From Candidatus Jordarchaeales archaeon (GTDB lineage Archaea > Asgardarchaeota > Jordiarchaeia > Jordiarchaeales > Freyrarchaeaceae): DNA of 32,000 bases. Where the stretch lies: contig JAWCFL010000009.1 in assembly GCA_038858525.1 (NCBI GenBank), positions 19,937 to 51,936 on the forward strand. Direction: 5' to 3'. The notes beneath the pieces are model-generated. The model saw only the letters and a program-made list of their open reading frames with translations, searched no databases and was not told the origin of the DNA. The translations under genes were made by a program, and so were the position numbers. Of the stretch, positions 27,961-32,000 are shown piece by piece. Position 1 is the first letter of the stretch; each line of letters begins with the position of its first letter.

Positions 27961-29316
27961 CTACCATGCCTCATAATTTAATCCCCTGTCTTGTAACTCC
28001 TTCTTCATCCTGGAGTAGAGTTCCAGGTATTCTTTTCCTGGCTTAAGGGTTTTCATGTCGTACTTCTCCAGTATGAGAGTCTCGCTGGGGAGGCTAACCT
28101 TCACTTTTCCCTCGTATTTTGCGAGCAGCTCCTTCACTATTTCGACGCCGTCGCTTGTCTTGATGCCCGCTGCGGCCCTCGCCACTTCCCCGCCCCATCT
28201 TCCCTCTATTCCCGGCACGCCTCCCGTAAGCCACATTCCCTCCATGCCAGAGATGGTGTTAGTTATGACCGTGGCAGCGATAGCGTAGAAGGACACGTCG
28301 GTCGCCTGCTGCCCCGTAACCCCACCACCATAACTTATCCATGGAACCCTTATGTTCCTCTCTGCGGCGAGTGCTTGGGCGGAGTTAGCCCAGAAAACGT
28401 CTCTTCCCTCGTATCTTCCCTCGACCGTCGCGCTCATGGCTTGGGCAAAGGAGCCGCCGGAGTACGCCATCATTCCGAGAACATGAGCGATGCCCTCAAC
28501 AGCAGCCTCCTCTGGGCCTCCTATGTAGGCGTACATGGTGGGACAACTGCTGATCCATGGGTTTATACCGTTCTGCTGGGCGAAGAATGCTAGGTTAAGC
28601 CTGTCATAGTCGATCCTCATGTCCTGTATAATGTGAACTGGGCACATGCAGTTGTGCCTCGTGTAACCTGCAGGGTGAAATGAGCCCATCACAGCCTTGG
28701 CGCTTGACACGCTCATGGGAATCCCTAGATACATGCCGGGTCTGCCTACACGGACTGCCGCCTCCCTGAGAATGAATCCCTCAGTTAGCCCTAGGAGGGT
28801 TTCGCTGGGAGTCTCGCTCGTCGGCTTCAAGTCACCTATGCCCTGAAGCGGTAAAGCTATAAGTCCGTCAGCGACAGGCTCCTTAGCTGCTGAGAGCACG
28901 TATGCCTTGTAAAGCTCAATGTTGCTGGTCAGAATTCCGGCGGGCAGAAAGGTCCTCGGCGGATCTCTGTCCTCCGGCTTCCTGAGCCTCAAAGCGATCT
29001 GGTCTCTTCCCTCCCCCAAGACCAGCTCCCTCTTCCTCGTGGCGAGGACCTCCTTGATCTCCTCCTCCGTGAACTTCACTATTCTCTTCGTGTCCTTATT
29101 ATACAGGCCAACTTCCAGCAGGAGCTCGAGTCCAGCCTCGAAGATCTCGTCAGCCATACTGGCGTCGGTCATGACGACCTCTTCCGGATCGTATTTTATC
29201 CCGTGCTCCCTCACGATTTCCTTTATTTTTGACGGGAAAAACTCGGTTTCAAACTCCTCCTCCTTCATGAGAGGACCTGTCTGAGACCTTTCCAAAACCT
29301 CCCACAGCAACGACAC
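27961..29316 (-). CDS. Monomethylamine methyltransferase (MtmB) family MT1, pyrrolysine-free
   Basis: Colinear with MtmB: GLELLLEVGLYNKDTKRIVKFTEEEI, LGEGRD, GRPGM, GGPEE, GEVARAAAG and YDMKTLKP. The Pyl-equivalent codon is GGG (Gly). Confidence 0.9.
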   Translation of the reverse strand: MSLLWEVLERSQTGPLMKEEEFETEFFPSKIKEIVREHGIKYDPEEVVMTDASMADEIFEAGLELLLEVGLYNKDTKRIVKFTEEEIKEVLATRKRELVLGEGRDQIALRLRKPEDRDPPRTFLPAGILTSNIELYKAYVLSAAKEPVADGLIALPLQGIGDLKPTSETPSETLLGLTEGFILREAAVRVGRPGMYLGIPMSVSSAKAVMGSFHPAGYTRHNCMCPVHIIQDMRIDYDRLNLAFFAQQNGINPWISSCPTMYAYIGGPEEAAVEGIAHVLGMMAYSGGSFAQAMSATVEGRYEGRDVFWANSAQALAAERNIRVPWISYGGGVTGQQATDVSFYAIAATVITNTISGMEGMWLTGGVPGIEGRWGGEVARAAAGIKTSDGVEIVKELLAKYEGKVKVSLPSETLILEKYDMKTLKPGKEYLELYSRMKKELQDRGLNYEAW

Positions 29317-29490
29317 GTTAACCCCTCCGATCTCTTCAAATAAGAGAATTCAAAAATATATATGTGTTTTCTTAAGGGGAGTTAATGCCACGAGAACGAA
29401 TTTGCTCCGATTTTAGTCATAGAAACTTCTTCTGAGAAAAACTTTTTAGTGAGAAGAGCCGCAATTTTTTCTTTGCGGTTGGATGGGAGG
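29317..29490. promoter_or_regulatory. Divergent promoter region of module B
   Basis: TA-repeat TATA-like element (29352-29363), palindrome TCTCTT-N5-AAGAGA (29331-29347) and hairpin CCGCAA-N8-TTGCGG (29459-29478). Confidence 0.55.
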
Positions 29491-31176
29491 ATGGTGGGCT
29501 TGTCGACGTGGGATGTTGAAGTGGATGTTGTGGTTGTCGGTAGCGGTGCTGGCGCTCTGACCGCAGCCATAGTTGCTCATGACAAAGGAGCTAAAGTCAT
29601 CGTCCTCGAGAAGACGGACAAGGCTGGAGGAGCAAGTGCTGTCTCTGGGGGAGCTGTCTGGGTGCCAAACAACAGGTTCATCAGGGAGGGGTTCCAGCCC
29701 GAATTTTGGGATCCCGACAGAGGAGAATGGGTTAAGGCTCCCGACTCCGAGGATAAAGCCTTCAAGTACATGAAGGCGATAGCCGCTGGCAGGTCTAGTG
29801 ATGAGCTGATAAGAACGTATCTCAGAACGGTAAGTGAGGCTTGTGACTACTTGGAGAAGAACACGCACGTTAAGTGGTCGCACGTGAAGCTGATGCCGGA
29901 CTACTTCCCCGAGTGGGAGGGCGGAGTAAAGGGTGGCAGGGTCATGGAGGCGCAGCTCATAAGCTTCAACTCTCTACCCAAAGAGGTGGCTGAGCGAGTG
30001 AGGCTCTCCCCGGTCAGCCTCCCCATACTGCTCGAGGAACTGGTCGAGTGGGGCGGGCTGGCGACCATGATGAGCGGCAGGTGGGACTTCAACCTTATAA
30101 ACGAAAGGCTGAAGGAAAGGTTCTACGGGTGGGGGACAGCGCTCATAGCTCGCCTACTGTACTCCTGCTACGAGAGGGGCATCGACATCAGGTATAATAC
30201 TCCAGCTAAGAGGCTCATCGTTGAGGGGGGCAGAGTTGTCGGAGTGGTGGCGGGGCACGAGGGAAAGGAGCTTAGAATACGCGCTAGGAAAGGCGTGATC
30301 CTAGCGACCGGCGGCTTCGAGTGGCATGAGAAAATGCCTTCAGCCTTTCTGAGGGGGCCGATGAGGGGGCCCATGTCCCCGCCGCACAACACCGGCGACG
30401 GGCACCGTATGGCGATGGAGGTCGGAGCACAGGTCGACTTGATGTGTGAAGCGTGGTGGTTCCCAACGGTTTACACAGGCGACTCCTACGATGGTAAACC
30501 ATACTATAGGGGCATATTCTTCGAGAAAGTTCTACCTGGAGTCATAATAGTCAACAAGTATGGGAAGCGGTTCGCTAATGAGGGAGCGAATTACTTTGAC
30601 TTCACGAGGGCGATGCACACCTGGGACCCGAATAGGCATGAGTATCCGAATATTCCGGCGTGGATGATTTTCGATGAGCGCGTGCACCAGAGTTACACGA
30701 TATTCACTCTTTATCCGGGAGCTGAGCCTACTGATCCACCGTTCAAGTGGGCTGACACGCTAAGAGACCTAGCAAGGAAGGCTGGAATAGACCCAGATGG
30801 GCTCGAAGAGACTGTTGAGAGGTTCAACAGGTATGCTAAGGAGGGCGTCGACCCGGACTTCCACCGTGGGGAGAGCTACTTTGACAGGTTTTATGGGGAT
30901 CCGAACTGGAAGCCTAACCCAACCCTCGGACCGCTGGAGAAGCCGCCATTCTACGCCATCGAAGTATACCCGGGATGCCTAGGCTCGTGTGGCGGCTTAA
31001 AGATAAACGAGAAGGCGCAGGTTCTCGACTACAATGACAAGCCTATACCCGGACTGTACGCGGCTGGCAACGTCACAGCGGCAGTGTCAGGGGGAGGATA
31101 CCCGAGCAGCGGCATAACTATAGGCGCGGGTATATGCTTCGGCTACATAGCGGCGAACGAGGTCACAAAAAAGTGA
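29491..31176 (+). CDS. FAD_binding_2 flavoprotein of the 3-ketosteroid delta1-dehydrogenase (KstD) type
   Basis: VVVVGSGAG, GGASAVSGGAVWVPNN, LATGGFE, NTGDG, EAWWFP, RFANE, GLYAAGN and YPSSGITIG; Tyr seen in PDY, NEGANY and GYP. Start ATG 29491 or TTG 29500. Confidence 0.8.
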   Translation: MVGLSTWDVEVDVVVVGSGAGALTAAIVAHDKGAKVIVLEKTDKAGGASAVSGGAVWVPNNRFIREGFQPEFWDPDRGEWVKAPDSEDKAFKYMKAIAAGRSSDELIRTYLRTVSEACDYLEKNTHVKWSHVKLMPDYFPEWEGGVKGGRVMEAQLISFNSLPKEVAERVRLSPVSLPILLEELVEWGGLATMMSGRWDFNLINERLKERFYGWGTALIARLLYSCYERGIDIRYNTPAKRLIVEGGRVVGVVAGHEGKELRIRARKGVILATGGFEWHEKMPSAFLRGPMRGPMSPPHNTGDGHRMAMEVGAQVDLMCEAWWFPTVYTGDSYDGKPYYRGIFFEKVLPGVIIVNKYGKRFANEGANYFDFTRAMHTWDPNRHEYPNIPAWMIFDERVHQSYTIFTLYPGAEPTDPPFKWADTLRDLARKAGIDPDGLEETVERFNRYAKEGVDPDFHRGESYFDRFYGDPNWKPNPTLGPLEKPPFYAIEVYPGCLGSCGGLKINEKAQVLDYNDKPIPGLYAAGNVTAAVSGGGYPSSGITIGAGICFGYIAANEVTKK

Positions 31177-31214
31177 AAAACGCGCGATGAAGCGTTTCTA
31201 GTGGGGGTGGTTTT

Positions 31215-32000
<786 letters not shown>

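Overview
Gene-dense archaeal window (TATA/BRE-type promoters, GGTG/GGAGG ribosome-binding sites, thermosome, MtrH-like genes). The content resembles anaerobic Bathyarchaeia-like TACK archaea, but taxonomy cannot be fixed from this window. Two corrinoid-dependent methyl-transfer modules bracket it. Module A (1-6556): RACo-type reductive activator divergent from a pyrrolysine-free MttB-family MT1 and a corrinoid protein, with an MtrH-like MT2 nearby followed by a thermosome paralog whose two catalytic Asp are both Asn. Module B (27961-32000): a pyrrolysine-free MtmB-family MT1 divergent from a KstD (3-ketosteroid delta1-dehydrogenase)-like flavoenzyme with its catalytic tyrosines intact, a corrinoid protein with SxHxxG instead of DxHxxG, and a second MtrH-like MT2. 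Module B is the best candidate for an undescribed system: a possible archaeal dehydrogenation plus B12-dependent demethylation route for cyclic enones or steroids (hypothesis only). Between the modules lie a V4R-like protein, an Lrp regulator, a nitronate monooxygenase/FabK-family enzyme, a wHTH protein, two radical SAM genes, a cysteine-free MsrA, a CDF transporter with three C-terminal domains, a SAM methyltransferase, cimA-ilvBNCD (cimA lacks an in-frame start before its catalytic motif), a vapBC pair, and a lipS2-lipS1-lpl-lipT-type lipoate assembly cluster. No tRNA, rRNA, CRISPR array or transposase was seen. All family assignments come from manual motif recognition, not database searches.
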